Source: Deltaproteobacteria bacterium
Lineage (GTDB): Bacteria; JAMCPX01
Direction: 5' to 3'
Assembly: GCA_023382265.1 (NCBI GenBank)
Contig: JAMCPX010000017.1
Span: 4,838-68,837 of the forward strand
Length of the DNA: 64,000 nt
The first letter of the stretch is position 1; each line of letters begins with the position of its first letter. Positions 1 to 9,684 of this stretch are shown here, piece after piece. Below the pieces are notes generated by a model, which saw only the letters and a program-made list of their open reading frames with translations, had not been told where the DNA came from and made no database searches. A program made the position numbers and the translations under genes.

Positions 1-784
1 AATACGTGAATGCGGATTTGCTGCCCGAGACATTAAAGTTTATGCTGTGCGTATTGAAATTGCCTTCTTTTATACCTATCTCCTTTTCCGGATGCTGCCT
101 GGTTGTAATATTCACCACACCCGCAAGGCTGTTTCCGTATTCAGCAGGATAGCCGCCGGTCATAACGTCAATGCTCTGGATGTCCTGAGGATCGAGTATG
201 TCCGAAAAGCTTCCGGAAACGGCAGACGGTATGCTGACGCCGTCGATTCTGTACGTTATTTCTGTGTGGGCACCGCGGAAATGCACCTCTCCGAAAGGCC
301 CCTGTGCTGCACCGGGAACCGTATACAGGAGCTTGGAAAGGTTGTCGCTTCCTGATAAAGCCGATACTGTTTTTTGCGATATCTCTGTAGAAGATGAAGA
401 GCTTTTCGTGTTTATGACCAAGGCATGTGCATGCACCGTATAGACAAGTTCGCTATGGAGATTGATATCGTGCAGAGAGGCCTGCCCGCCGGTAATGTTG
501 ATCGTTATTGTCCGCTCTTCAAATCCCTTTGATTTTATCTTTACGCTGTATTTGCCGGGTTTAAGGCTGGCAATGATACATTGGCCATAGGTATTGGTAG
601 TGCCGGTTATCGTCGCACTGTCCGAGCGTACCGTTATGGCAGCGCCCGGTAAGGGTTTGCCGGTATCACCTATTGAAACATGTATGATAAGCGTGCCGGA
701 TGAAGGTACAGTGTTCGCTTTTAAAATACCTGCACTAACAATTACAACTGCTGTAGACAGTATGATTGCATTTATAAATTGCAT
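1..784 (-). CDS. TonB-dependent outer membrane receptor, N-terminal part (gene runs off the 5' end of the window)
   Basis: Not in the ORF track because it has no stop inside the window. Manual translation of the minus strand from ATG (plus-strand CAT at 782-784), preceded by AAGGAGG, gives MQFINAIILSTAVVIVSAGILKA (signal peptide). A carboxypeptidase-regulatory-like beta-sandwich follows (TGTLIIHVSIGDTGKPLPGAAITVRSD...KPGKYSVKIKSKGFEERTITI). Then comes a TonB-box/plug-like segment (LYTVPGA...VHFRGAHTEITYRIDGVSIPSAVSGSF...IQSIDVMTGGYPAEYGNSLAGVVNITTR), and the reading frame stays open to position 1. Confidence 0.7.
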   Translation of the reverse strand, partial: MQFINAIILSTAVVIVSAGILKANTVPSSGTLIIHVSIGDTGKPLPGAAITVRSDSATITGTTNTYGQCIIASLKPGKYSVKIKSKGFEERTITINITGGQASLHDINLHSELVYTVHAHALVINTKSSSSSTEISQKTVSALSGSDNLSKLLYTVPGAAQGPFGEVHFRGAHTEITYRIDGVSIPSAVSGSFSDILDPQDIQSIDVMTGGYPAEYGNSLAGVVNITTRQHPEKEIGIKEGNFNTHSINFNVSGSKSAFTY

Positions 785-1067
785 TGAAAACCTCCTTGTG
801 TTCGTCGTTTTTTTATTCGTTACGGGAGCGGTATAGTGTACGATCTGATATCATGGTGTAACTCTCAACATTCATTTTTCGTGTTATTCCCGCGAAAGTT
901 GGAATTCAGTTATTTACTTTTTTCTGGATCGCCCCGCATCAAGTACCGGGGCAGGCTGCGTCAAACACAGAATGACATCGTGTTAGTGTTTTCCCGGAGT
1001 AGCCCGCTTTGTGGGTATCTGTTTGCGAACGTACTGACCCGTAATATTTATGAAATTTGGTATATTC

Positions 1068-1400
1068 TTATGAAACGAACGCAGGAGGGGCTCTTTCACT
1101 GATAGCTGAAAGGGCAGTATACTTAATCCTAATAAGTCTGACCGGTATGTTATAGATGAATGAGAAGAATGATATTACTATTGGCATTACGTGATTAACA
1201 ACACCATAACTTGCAATGACAAAGGCATGTTCAGGGCAATTAGCAGGCTCCGGTTGGCCAAGCACAAGAGGATGATTGTGCAGGAATGGAAGGAAGATAA
1301 TTATAGATAAATAAAGCGACGCAAGTGCTATTTTTACAAGCCGGACTTTATCTGTCGGTTTATTATTTTTTAAAAACATATATTTATACATATAAGGCAT
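1068..1400 (-). CDS. hypothetical small membrane protein (two hydrophobic segments); could be spurious
   Basis: 110-aa ORF with two TM-like stretches, a weak RBS, and no recognisable family. Confidence 0.2.
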   Translation of the reverse strand: MPYMYKYMFLKNNKPTDKVRLVKIALASLYLSIIIFLPFLHNHPLVLGQPEPANCPEHAFVIASYGVVNHVMPIVISFFSFIYNIPVRLIRIKYTALSAISERAPPAFVS

Positions 1401-1608
1401 ACAAACAATTTATTCAAGGTTTTGAGAAAATAGTAAATAGGTGTCAGTTTGTTGACTTTTGCATACCATGCCGTGTTGCTTCATTAGAGTTATCCGTTGA
1501 TGACGCTTCTTGTATTTTTATTCCATAATATCTTGTTGCATTTTGGACATACTTAACGAACAAACCATGCTTCACTATTTGATTATCCCGGTTAAATACA
1601 TACCCGGT

Positions 1609-2430
1609 TTATGTGGACTCGGGATATTTTGTTATACCGAGTAATGCCTTTGTAAAATTAATCTTTGAGAAATGTCCACTGCTTAACAGGGTCATCGTGT
1701 CCTCTTTACCGAAGATCTTTCTTGTTATAGCACGCAGGCTCATACCGTTTTTGTAAAGAGCTTCTACCTGCGCCTTTTTCTCCTCAAAAAACTCGAGTTT
1801 TCTGCTTAATGCCCTTTTACCATTTGTTACAGGTCCGATAAGGCTATCAAAAATAACATCAAAATCCAGTGTCAAAAGCATTTTCAGGCTATCTATCATT
1901 ATAATGGGACTTTCATCATCCCTCATATACTTTAATGTCTCCGAAAGAAAAACATCACCGGAAAATAGCCAGCCGTGTTTGCTTTCATAAAATACCTTAT
2001 GATCATGACTATGACCGGGTGCAGGGATCACTTCAAAGGTGTAATGCCCTGTTTTTACCCGGGTATCGAGCACCTGAACATTTGACGGCTCTGGTGTGCC
2101 CCATACAAGTCTTCTGTGGAACTGCAGCCTGCGCGGATGCATTATCAACTCAATACCTTCTTTAGGCGCGTACGGGACTAAACCCATTTTGTTTGCCTCA
2201 GCATTTGCACCTATGTGGTCCTCATGATGATGCGTAATTATGATTGTTTTAATATTATCATCCTTTATAATCATGGCAGTTTGTTTGCTTGCAATTGGTG
2301 AGCCTGTATCTATCATAAGATTATCAACGATAAATGCATGCACAAAATATACCGGTGAGCCGAAAAGAATTCTGGACATTTTCAATATCTTTACTTCGTT
2401 AAAAGTGTCGGTCTTATAATAGATCTTCAT
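1609..2430 (-). CDS. MBL-fold metallo-hydrolase
   Basis: HHHEDH metal-binding motif (ITHHHEDHIGAN) and additional His/Asp ligands typical of the metallo-beta-lactamase fold. Confidence 0.8.
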   Translation of the reverse strand: MKIYYKTDTFNEVKILKMSRILFGSPVYFVHAFIVDNLMIDTGSPIASKQTAMIIKDDNIKTIIITHHHEDHIGANAEANKMGLVPYAPKEGIELIMHPRRLQFHRRLVWGTPEPSNVQVLDTRVKTGHYTFEVIPAPGHSHDHKVFYESKHGWLFSGDVFLSETLKYMRDDESPIIMIDSLKMLLTLDFDVIFDSLIGPVTNGKRALSRKLEFFEEKKAQVEALYKNGMSLRAITRKIFGKEDTMTLLSSGHFSKINFTKALLGITKYPEST

Positions 2431-2453
2431 AAATGTTGTTTTATATTTAAAAC

Positions 2454-3071
2454 ATGCTCTATTCTTATAAGTATACTATGCTAAAAGATTATATACTTGC
2501 ATTCATAACAATATTCGTTGCAATTGATGTACTCGGTTTGTTACCCATATTTATTTCTATTACCGCTGATTACGAAGTCAAGGCAAGGGATTTGATTGTA
2601 AAACAGGCAACGTTAACAGCTTTTTTGGTAAGCTTATCTTTCATAGCGATAGGAAAGCTTGTTTTCAGCGCTCTGGGCATAACAATACCTGATTTCCAGA
2701 TTGCGGGCGGTATCATCCTTCTTATTATAGCAATAAATGATATAATATATCCGGACAGGCCGACGAGGAAGCCGTCATCAGCCGTTGGCATAGTTCCTAT
2801 CGGCATTCCTCTTATAACAGGTCCGGCAGTGCTTACCACATCAATACTGGTTATTGATCTTTATGGTACAGTACCTACAATCGTATCGCTTGTTGTAAAC
2901 ATGCTTATAGTGTTCTTTGTTTTAAAAAAAGCAAGCCTTGTTGTAAGAATGTTAAGAGATGGCGGCACAAAGGCTATCGGCAAAGTGGCGAGCATACTGC
3001 TTGCCGCCATTGCTATTAAACTAATAAGAATGGGTCTGGTAACTATAATATCAGGAATAAAATTGCATTAG
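2454..3071 (+). CDS. marC: MarC family integral membrane protein (UPF0056)
   Basis: 205 aa, multi-TM. The N-terminal DYILAFITIFVAIDVLGLLPIFISI and overall layout are typical of the MarC family. Confidence 0.7.
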   Translation: MLYSYKYTMLKDYILAFITIFVAIDVLGLLPIFISITADYEVKARDLIVKQATLTAFLVSLSFIAIGKLVFSALGITIPDFQIAGGIILLIIAINDIIYPDRPTRKPSSAVGIVPIGIPLITGPAVLTTSILVIDLYGTVPTIVSLVVNMLIVFFVLKKASLVVRMLRDGGTKAIGKVASILLAAIAIKLIRMGLVTIISGIKLH

Positions 3072-3112
3072 TTTTTATTGCTTATGATAAAAATCTGTAT
3101 ATTTTTAAATTT

Positions 3113-3394
3113 ATGGAAGTCGTAAAACATATTCATATTATCATATCCGGCAGGGTTCAGGGTGTGTGGTTCCGGTCAAGTACAAAAGAAAAGGCTGATG
3201 AGCTTGGAATAATAGGCTGGGTGAGAAACCTGCCCAATAGAGAAGTTGAGATAGAGGCTCAAGGAGGAATATTACAGTTAGAGAAATTCATAGAATGGTG
3301 TCATAGCGGACCGCCCGGTGCTGATGTAACAAATGTAGAGATAGAAAACATTGAACCGGGGCAGGCATTGATGGATTTCAGAATTATCAGGTAA
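3113..3394 (+). CDS. acyP: acylphosphatase
   Basis: 93 aa with the acylphosphatase signatures VQGVWFR and GWVRNLPNREVEIEAQG. Confidence 0.85.
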   Translation: MEVVKHIHIIISGRVQGVWFRSSTKEKADELGIIGWVRNLPNREVEIEAQGGILQLEKFIEWCHSGPPGADVTNVEIENIEPGQALMDFRIIR

Positions 3395-3460
3395 CTCAAG
3401 ATTACATCATGAGAGTTTGATCAATAACCGTATATATTTTAAGAGATAAGAGATGATTAA

Positions 3461-4366
3461 ATGTCAAAAATGAACGCTTCCAAAAGAATGGAGAACGTAA
3501 CAATATTTTTTGGCGGTAAAGAAGGTCCAGTGTTGTATGCTAATACTATTGTTGTAAATGCTGCTTCAAAGAAGATAATCCTTGATCCTTCTGCCGATTC
3601 AGAGGAAGTTAAAAAGCTTGCATCCGAAAGGCCTTTTGTAGTTAACAGCCACTATCACGGGGATCATAGGAGGCTAAATTATTTATTCGATAAAAGTGAA
3701 TTTTTCTCTCCAGAATCAGACGCACCAATGCTGTCGGATAATAAAAAATTCATAGACGCCATAGGTGTTGATGATAAGGAAATCGGTTTTCAATGGATTA
3801 ATGCAATCAAGGGCATGTATAACATAACAGAGCATCATATAACAGGTACATTTAAAGATGGGGATTATGTAATAGATAAATCTTACGGTATTTATGCAAT
3901 AGGCCTGCCAGGCCACACACTGGGACATTCGGGCTTCATATTTAAAGATGCTGACATCGCAATTATAACGGATATAGATCTTACAAGTTTTGGACCGTGG
4001 TATGGGAACGATACATCGGATATTGATGCATTCCTTGACTCAATAGAAAAGGTGAAACATCTTGATGTAAAGTATGTTATGACATCCCATGTAAATGCAA
4101 TATACACAAAAGAAGAGCTGATTCCGTTACTTGATAAGTTCGCAGCACATATAAAGAGTCGTGAAGATAAGCTGATGAATTGTCTGAACAAACATCCAAT
4201 GACCCTTGAAGATCTGTCAAAAAAAGGGATTATCTACCCTAAAAAATGGCTTGATAATAATAATTTCCTTATCTTTTTTGAAAAAAAAATGCTTGAAAAA
4301 CACATAATAAGACTTAAAACCAAGCTCTTAATAAAAGAGCAGGATGCCGTTTTATCTATATTATAA
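3461..4366 (+). CDS. MBL-fold metallo-hydrolase
   Basis: HYHGDHRR (HxHxDH) motif with a downstream GHTLGHSGF His ligand. Confidence 0.7.
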   Translation: MSKMNASKRMENVTIFFGGKEGPVLYANTIVVNAASKKIILDPSADSEEVKKLASERPFVVNSHYHGDHRRLNYLFDKSEFFSPESDAPMLSDNKKFIDAIGVDDKEIGFQWINAIKGMYNITEHHITGTFKDGDYVIDKSYGIYAIGLPGHTLGHSGFIFKDADIAIITDIDLTSFGPWYGNDTSDIDAFLDSIEKVKHLDVKYVMTSHVNAIYTKEELIPLLDKFAAHIKSREDKLMNCLNKHPMTLEDLSKKGIIYPKKWLDNNNFLIFFEKKMLEKHIIRLKTKLLIKEQDAVLSIL

Positions 4367-4374
4367 AAAATCAA

Positions 4375-5673
4375 ATGGAGCATTCTTCCAAACTTTTAAA
4401 AGCTGTATTTTATGACGGGATCAATGCCGTTAATGGTTACAATGCGGTCAAAGGTGTAATAAGAATCAATAGAAAAGAAATCATCATTTCCGGTAATGAA
4501 TATTTATTCGGGCAATTCAAGCACATTATCGTAGCTGGTGCCGGTAAGGCATCTGTATCAATGGCGAAGGCAATAGATGATCTTGTCGGGGAAAGGATTG
4601 AACGCGGCATTGTAATAACAAAATACGGGCATGGGAACAGATTGAAGCATATCGATGTTTTAGAAGCAGGTCATCCACTCCCCGATCAGAACAGTATTGA
4701 TGGAACAAAACGTATACTGCATCTGTCCAAATATGCCGATGAACAAACCCTGTTGATCATGCTCCTGTCAGGGGGGGCATCTTCTTTACTCGTTGCGCCT
4801 GATGGAATCCCGCTTGAAGATAAGATAAACACGACAGAGCTTTTGTTAAAAGCCGGCGCAGGGATAGATGAATTGAATACGGTGCGAAAGCAGTTGTCTC
4901 TTGTAAAAGGCGGCGGGCTTGCAAACGCATTTTATCCCGCACACGTAATTACACTTATGATCTCAGACGTTATAGGTAACAAGCTTGATACGATAGGTTC
5001 AGGTCCAACCGTTAAAGATAGCTCAACATCAAGAGATGCTCTTAAGATTATTCAGCACTATGGCTTGATTAAGCGGGTTCCTATAAGAGTAAAACAGCTT
5101 TTAGAACAAAAAAGCAAAGCATATACGCAACACACCCGGATAAGGCGTACAAAGAATATCATCATAGCAGATAATAGAAAGGCCATAGAGGCATGCAGGA
5201 TTAGAGCCTCAAAAATGGGACTAAAGACTATCATCTTAACCGATAGCCTTCACGGTGAAGCAAAGGAAGTTGCAAAGGTGCTTGCATCTATAGCATTGGA
5301 ATTAAAACATAAGAAAATAAATAGAGGTATCTGCCTGATCAGCGGTGGAGAGACCACCGTTAATGTAATAGGCAAGGGCAGGGGCGGTAGGAATCAAGAG
5401 CTTGCGCTCAGTTTTGCAATGGAGCTGAAAGGCATCAAAGGTATAACATTATTATCGGCAGGTACTGATGGGACTGATGGACCAACCGATGCGGCAGGTG
5501 CAATAGTCGATTATAAAACAATAACAAAGATAAAAGTGCATGGGATAGAGCCGTATCAATCACTTTTGAATAATGACTCCTACACAGCATTGGACATCGC
5601 TAATTGCTTGTTAAAAACAGGACCTACAGATACTAATGTAATGGATTTGCAGTTGATTATCGTGAATCCATGA
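4375..5673 (+). CDS. glycerate 2-kinase (MOFRL family, GckA/TtuD-like)
   Basis: VAGAGKASVSMAKAI, LLSGGASSLL and LSLVKGGGLA blocks are characteristic of MOFRL-family glycerate kinases. Confidence 0.75.
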   Translation: MEHSSKLLKAVFYDGINAVNGYNAVKGVIRINRKEIIISGNEYLFGQFKHIIVAGAGKASVSMAKAIDDLVGERIERGIVITKYGHGNRLKHIDVLEAGHPLPDQNSIDGTKRILHLSKYADEQTLLIMLLSGGASSLLVAPDGIPLEDKINTTELLLKAGAGIDELNTVRKQLSLVKGGGLANAFYPAHVITLMISDVIGNKLDTIGSGPTVKDSSTSRDALKIIQHYGLIKRVPIRVKQLLEQKSKAYTQHTRIRRTKNIIIADNRKAIEACRIRASKMGLKTIILTDSLHGEAKEVAKVLASIALELKHKKINRGICLISGGETTVNVIGKGRGGRNQELALSFAMELKGIKGITLLSAGTDGTDGPTDAAGAIVDYKTITKIKVHGIEPYQSLLNNDSYTALDIANCLLKTGPTDTNVMDLQLIIVNP

Positions 5674-5798
5674 TACCGGTATAATGCAAGATTGTATACT
5701 TAAAACATAGTTAGAACATAGTTAAAACTTATAAAAGCAACATACTCTTACTGTAGCTATTTAAAAAACATGTAAATGAGATTATTAGAGTTTGTTGT

Positions 5799-6893
5799 TT
5801 ATCCTTTTGCCCACCTGTTTAATTCAAGAGGTATCAAGTAGTATGGTAAAACGCGATCTACCTTTCCGGTTGCTATTGCCTCCCTCGGCATGCCGAAAAC
5901 AACCGCCGTTTCTTCAGATTCTGCTATTGTATATCCGCCGGCATCCTTTATCATCTCAATCCCTTTTTTACCGTCATTACCCATACCGGTCAACACGACA
6001 CCCGAGCACATACTCCCAAACCTTTTGGCGGCAGAAGCAAACATTTCATTAACGGATGGAACAAATTTATCTGTTTCCCTTTTTGGAATGAGATGGGCTA
6101 TCTTTTTATTACCTTTAGTACCTATGGATATGCTGTATCCGCCTGGTACAACTAAAGCATTGCCTCTGTGTAAAGCGTCTCCGTCTTCTGCTTCCTTAAC
6201 GTTAAGATGAGTGTACTTGTTAAGCCTTTGAGCAAATGTAGATGTAAACCCGGGCGGCATGTGCTGAGATATAACAACACTTATATTAAGCTCCCTCTCC
6301 AATCCGGCAAGTATCCTCTGCACTGCAGACGGTCCTCCGGTGGATGATCCGATTGTTATAAGTTTGAAATCATTATTCATACTAAACGGTTCACTTTCAG
6401 GACTGTTAATCTGGACTATAGGCTTTGATGAAACATCTATACCTAAATTTAACTTAGCATTTATATCGGCAATCCTCCTTTGAACATTATGAAGATTTAT
6501 AGACCGAATACTCAACACCTTTTTTATAATATCTTCCTTTATAGAATAAAGTTCCATCGATATTCTTTTTGTCGGCTTTGGTATAAAATCTACTGCACCA
6601 AGCTCCATTGCTTTAAATACACTCTCCGAATCGGAAAGAGCACTGACAACGATTGTTGGAGTCGGTTTTGTTCTCATCAGAATTCGCAGGAAGGTAAAAC
6701 CATCCATTTTTGGCATTTCGAGATCGAGGGTTATAATATCTGGAGAAAGCACCTTTATTTTTTTTAGAGCATCTTCACCATCCGTGGCTGTTCCTACGAC
6801 GACAACATCAGGAATTGATTCAAGGATATTCTTTATTGCCCTCCTGTTAAAGGCTGAATCATCTATTATTAAAACCTTGGAGACCTTATTCAT
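5799..6893 (-). CDS. cheB: chemotaxis response regulator protein-glutamate methylesterase CheB
   Basis: N-terminal REC (VLIIDDSAFNRR...DIITLDLEMPKMDG) plus a C-terminal methylesterase domain (GSSTGGPSAVQRIL, HMPPGFT, GMGNDG). Confidence 0.9.
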   Translation of the reverse strand: MNKVSKVLIIDDSAFNRRAIKNILESIPDVVVVGTATDGEDALKKIKVLSPDIITLDLEMPKMDGFTFLRILMRTKPTPTIVVSALSDSESVFKAMELGAVDFIPKPTKRISMELYSIKEDIIKKVLSIRSINLHNVQRRIADINAKLNLGIDVSSKPIVQINSPESEPFSMNNDFKLITIGSSTGGPSAVQRILAGLERELNISVVISQHMPPGFTSTFAQRLNKYTHLNVKEAEDGDALHRGNALVVPGGYSISIGTKGNKKIAHLIPKRETDKFVPSVNEMFASAAKRFGSMCSGVVLTGMGNDGKKGIEMIKDAGGYTIAESEETAVVFGMPREAIATGKVDRVLPYYLIPLELNRWAKG

Positions 6894-7762
6894 TTTGCAG
6901 GTTTCCTATATACAAGATCATTTTTAAGCTGGACAAGTTTAAATACATTTGTAACACATATTAATGATTCTGCATGTCCAAGCAATAACCAGCCATTATC
7001 AAACAGCTTTTCGTAAAAACGTTCGGCGAGTTTTTTCTTGGATTCGGTATCAAAATATATCAAAACATTTCTGCATATTATTGCATCAATCCGAGGGAGT
7101 AGATTCATCAAGTTTGAGTCCATAAGATTGATCCTTGATATCTTAACCATATTTTTTATCTCATCCTTTATTTTATACCTGCCTTCGTAAGGTTCAAAGT
7201 ACTTTTTCTTATAGTAATCATCAATTACTCTGAAAGATGATTGTCCGTATATGCCCTTACGGGCTATTGCAAGGACCCTCTGGCTTATGTCGGAAGCTAA
7301 TATCTCAAGATTAAAATCTTTATCCACTCCATACTCTTTTGCTAACATAGCTATCGTATAAGGTTCTTCACCCGTTGATGAACCGGCACTCCATAACTTT
7401 AAGGAAGGCTTTGACGAATAAGCCTTTTCTACCTTTAATGTGGGAATAATTTCCTCAAATAATGCCTTTATCTGGGGAAGTTCTCTAAAAAAATATGTTT
7501 CGTTAGTTGTTAATATATCTACGATTGCGCTAAGTTCCTCTTCTTTAGCCTTGTCGTATTTTAAAAACAGATAATAATCACGGAATGAATTTAATTTTCT
7601 GAAAGCAAGTCTGTCTACGAGTCTTGATTCTATCAGATATTTTTGCTCTTCAGAAAAAAAGATACCGGTATAATCCTTTATGAAATCCCGCAGTTTGTGA
7701 AAATCTTCGTCCTCCAGCACCACTTTATTATTACCCTGTTCCTGAATCACTATCCGATCCAT
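6890..7762 (-). CDS. cheR: chemotaxis protein methyltransferase CheR
   Basis: CheR all-alpha N-domain followed by a SAM-binding block (LKLWSAGSSTGEEPYTIAML). It overlaps cheB by 4 nt. Confidence 0.9.
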   Translation of the reverse strand: MDRIVIQEQGNNKVVLEDEDFHKLRDFIKDYTGIFFSEEQKYLIESRLVDRLAFRKLNSFRDYYLFLKYDKAKEEELSAIVDILTTNETYFFRELPQIKALFEEIIPTLKVEKAYSSKPSLKLWSAGSSTGEEPYTIAMLAKEYGVDKDFNLEILASDISQRVLAIARKGIYGQSSFRVIDDYYKKKYFEPYEGRYKIKDEIKNMVKISRINLMDSNLMNLLPRIDAIICRNVLIYFDTESKKKLAERFYEKLFDNGWLLLGHAESLICVTNVFKLVQLKNDLVYRKPAK

Positions 7763-9684
7763 CGAATATTATCTTTTTGAGTAACAATAACCTGTTTTAT
7801 TTTGTCATCACTACTCGATAGAAGTTTTTTAAGTATCTCCTGAGCACTACCGGTTTTGCTTTTCCCTACTATCTGGATCGCTTCTGAAATTACATCGACA
7901 TCTCTACCGGCTAAAGTATTCTCTATATCTGCACCCGCATCCTTGCACTGTAAATTTACAATATTCTGGAGTGCTGTAAGCATAACTATGGGTGATTCAT
8001 CATAGAGATACGGTTTTAACAATGGATAAGCTTCTTCCGAATTATTAAAACAAATAAGGTTTTTGACAATCTCCGCCCTAATCCATGGATCTTCATCATT
8101 TGAAATCCATTTAATTGTTTCTATAAAATGTTCCGGCTCTATCAATGATACCGTTCTTATAGCTTCTATCCTTACATCTCTATTCTCGTCTGTTAATGCC
8201 ATTTTAATATCTTCAACATAGGTATGCAGTTTTATTTCTCCGATTGTTAATATAATGGCTGCTCTTACAGCAGGTTCGCTGTCGTTAAGCAGGGTTTTCA
8301 CATAATCATCCGAATCTTTGTTATAGAAACTTTTTATAAGCTTTGCAGCGGACAATCTTAAACGATAATCCGTACTGTGGACCATGTCTTTAAGCAAATT
8401 AAAAGGAAAAACCTTTAACCTTTGGCCGACTTTTACAAAGTTGTTAATAATGTGATCCTGAATCTCATTTACGGATGAAGTTATAATCTTCATAAAGAGT
8501 TTTAAACTATTTTCATGTATATAATTACCTATAACATCGGAGAGAAGCATAAGTATATCAGGCTCATCCGTGTATTTTATTATGTAGGATAAACCTTCCG
8601 GGTACGGGTTCTGTTCTTCAGGAAGATGGGATAAATACTTTAAACCAAGTCTTATGTGATATATGTTATTACTTCCTATGAGCAAACCAATTACATCTTC
8701 CTTTACCTGATCATTGAGATCCAATAACGCACTCAGGCATGCATCCTGCATTTCAGGTTCTTCTGCATATCTGAAAATAAGATTCAGGCTGCTTGCTATT
8801 CCTGACCAGCCGGCAATCCTGATACCCGCTGCTCTTGCATGTGGATTAATGCTTGATAATAGTTTTTCTATTAAAAACTGATCATATAGATGCCCGTTTT
8901 TCACTTCGTTTCGTACGTACGACTTACCCTGTTCATCCAGACTCAAGTATAACTTGAGCATGGACTGTGCAGCAGCTTCCATGTTTATCCTTTTTGTATC
9001 TCTTATTCCTTCGATTAAGTATTGTACGGCATGAGCTTCATGGCTTGAACCAAGCAGATCGTAAACAGCCTTTTTGAATAATGGATCGTTTAAAAGCGGG
9101 ACAACATTCTGTATGGGTATTTTGAATCCTCTTTGTCCAAGGTTTGCAATGGATTCAACAGTTGAAAAAACAACATATAATTCCTTTTCTCTTAAAAGCT
9201 CACACAAATCATTTACAATATCCTGAGTTCCAATCTTTCCAAGAGCTTCTATAGCAGCGGTAGCAAGGTTTTGTTGTTTAACGTGCGTTAGAGCCAAGAG
9301 AGTCCCGATCGCTTTAGGGTCATTTAGCTCACCTATGACATCTACAAGAAGTTTTGACAGCTCCCAGTCTTCAGGGTTTATCGCCCTTAATATTTTTTTT
9401 ATCCCATGCCTGCCAATCCTTGTGAGTCCTTCTATGCCCGCTGTCCTGAGCCCCGCATTATTATGATCGGAAAGCATATCTATAAATATATCAATAAGTT
9501 TATCCTTAGAATATATCTGTAGAATCTCATCGATCGCGGCCTTTCTTACTCTGAAACTCTCATCACCGAGTAGAGATTTGATCACATGAACATTCTCATC
9601 GTAAGAGAATTTATCCAGGCTTTTTGTTAACCGTATTTTCTCTTCTTCATTTAAATCCGTTGTCGTTAGTTTGTCATCCGTCAT
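7750..9684 (-). CDS. HEAT-repeat (PBS-lyase-like) protein encoded inside the chemosensory operon
   Basis: 644 aa of repeated roughly 30-aa helical units (D/ExxxRxxAxxALGxIG-like: VRKAAIDEIL, TAAIEALGKIG, VRAAIILTIGEI, VRIEAIRTVSLI). It overlaps cheR by 13 nt and the next gene by 1 nt. Confidence 0.7.
   Translation of the reverse strand: MTDDKLTTTDLNEEEKIRLTKSLDKFSYDENVHVIKSLLGDESFRVRKAAIDEILQIYSKDKLIDIFIDMLSDHNNAGLRTAGIEGLTRIGRHGIKKILRAINPEDWELSKLLVDVIGELNDPKAIGTLLALTHVKQQNLATAAIEALGKIGTQDIVNDLCELLREKELYVVFSTVESIANLGQRGFKIPIQNVVPLLNDPLFKKAVYDLLGSSHEAHAVQYLIEGIRDTKRINMEAAAQSMLKLYLSLDEQGKSYVRNEVKNGHLYDQFLIEKLLSSINPHARAAGIRIAGWSGIASSLNLIFRYAEEPEMQDACLSALLDLNDQVKEDVIGLLIGSNNIYHIRLGLKYLSHLPEEQNPYPEGLSYIIKYTDEPDILMLLSDVIGNYIHENSLKLFMKIITSSVNEIQDHIINNFVKVGQRLKVFPFNLLKDMVHSTDYRLRLSAAKLIKSFYNKDSDDYVKTLLNDSEPAVRAAIILTIGEIKLHTYVEDIKMALTDENRDVRIEAIRTVSLIEPEHFIETIKWISNDEDPWIRAEIVKNLICFNNSEEAYPLLKPYLYDESPIVMLTALQNIVNLQCKDAGADIENTLAGRDVDVISEAIQIVGKSKTGSAQEILKKLLSSSDDKIKQVIVTQKDNIRWIG

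Noticed and set aside
785-1100. Cobalamin or TPP riboswitch in the TonB-dependent receptor leader
   Set aside because: No B12 box (GCCACTG-like) or TPP CUGAGA core could be found by eye on the minus strand. There is only a generic GC hairpin, so I mention it only as a region to scan with Infernal.
5674-5798. Short direct repeat (acatagtta x2) between glycerate kinase and cheB
   Set aside because: Only two 9-11-bp copies in an A/T-rich convergent spacer. This is too short to call a regulatory repeat without comparative support.
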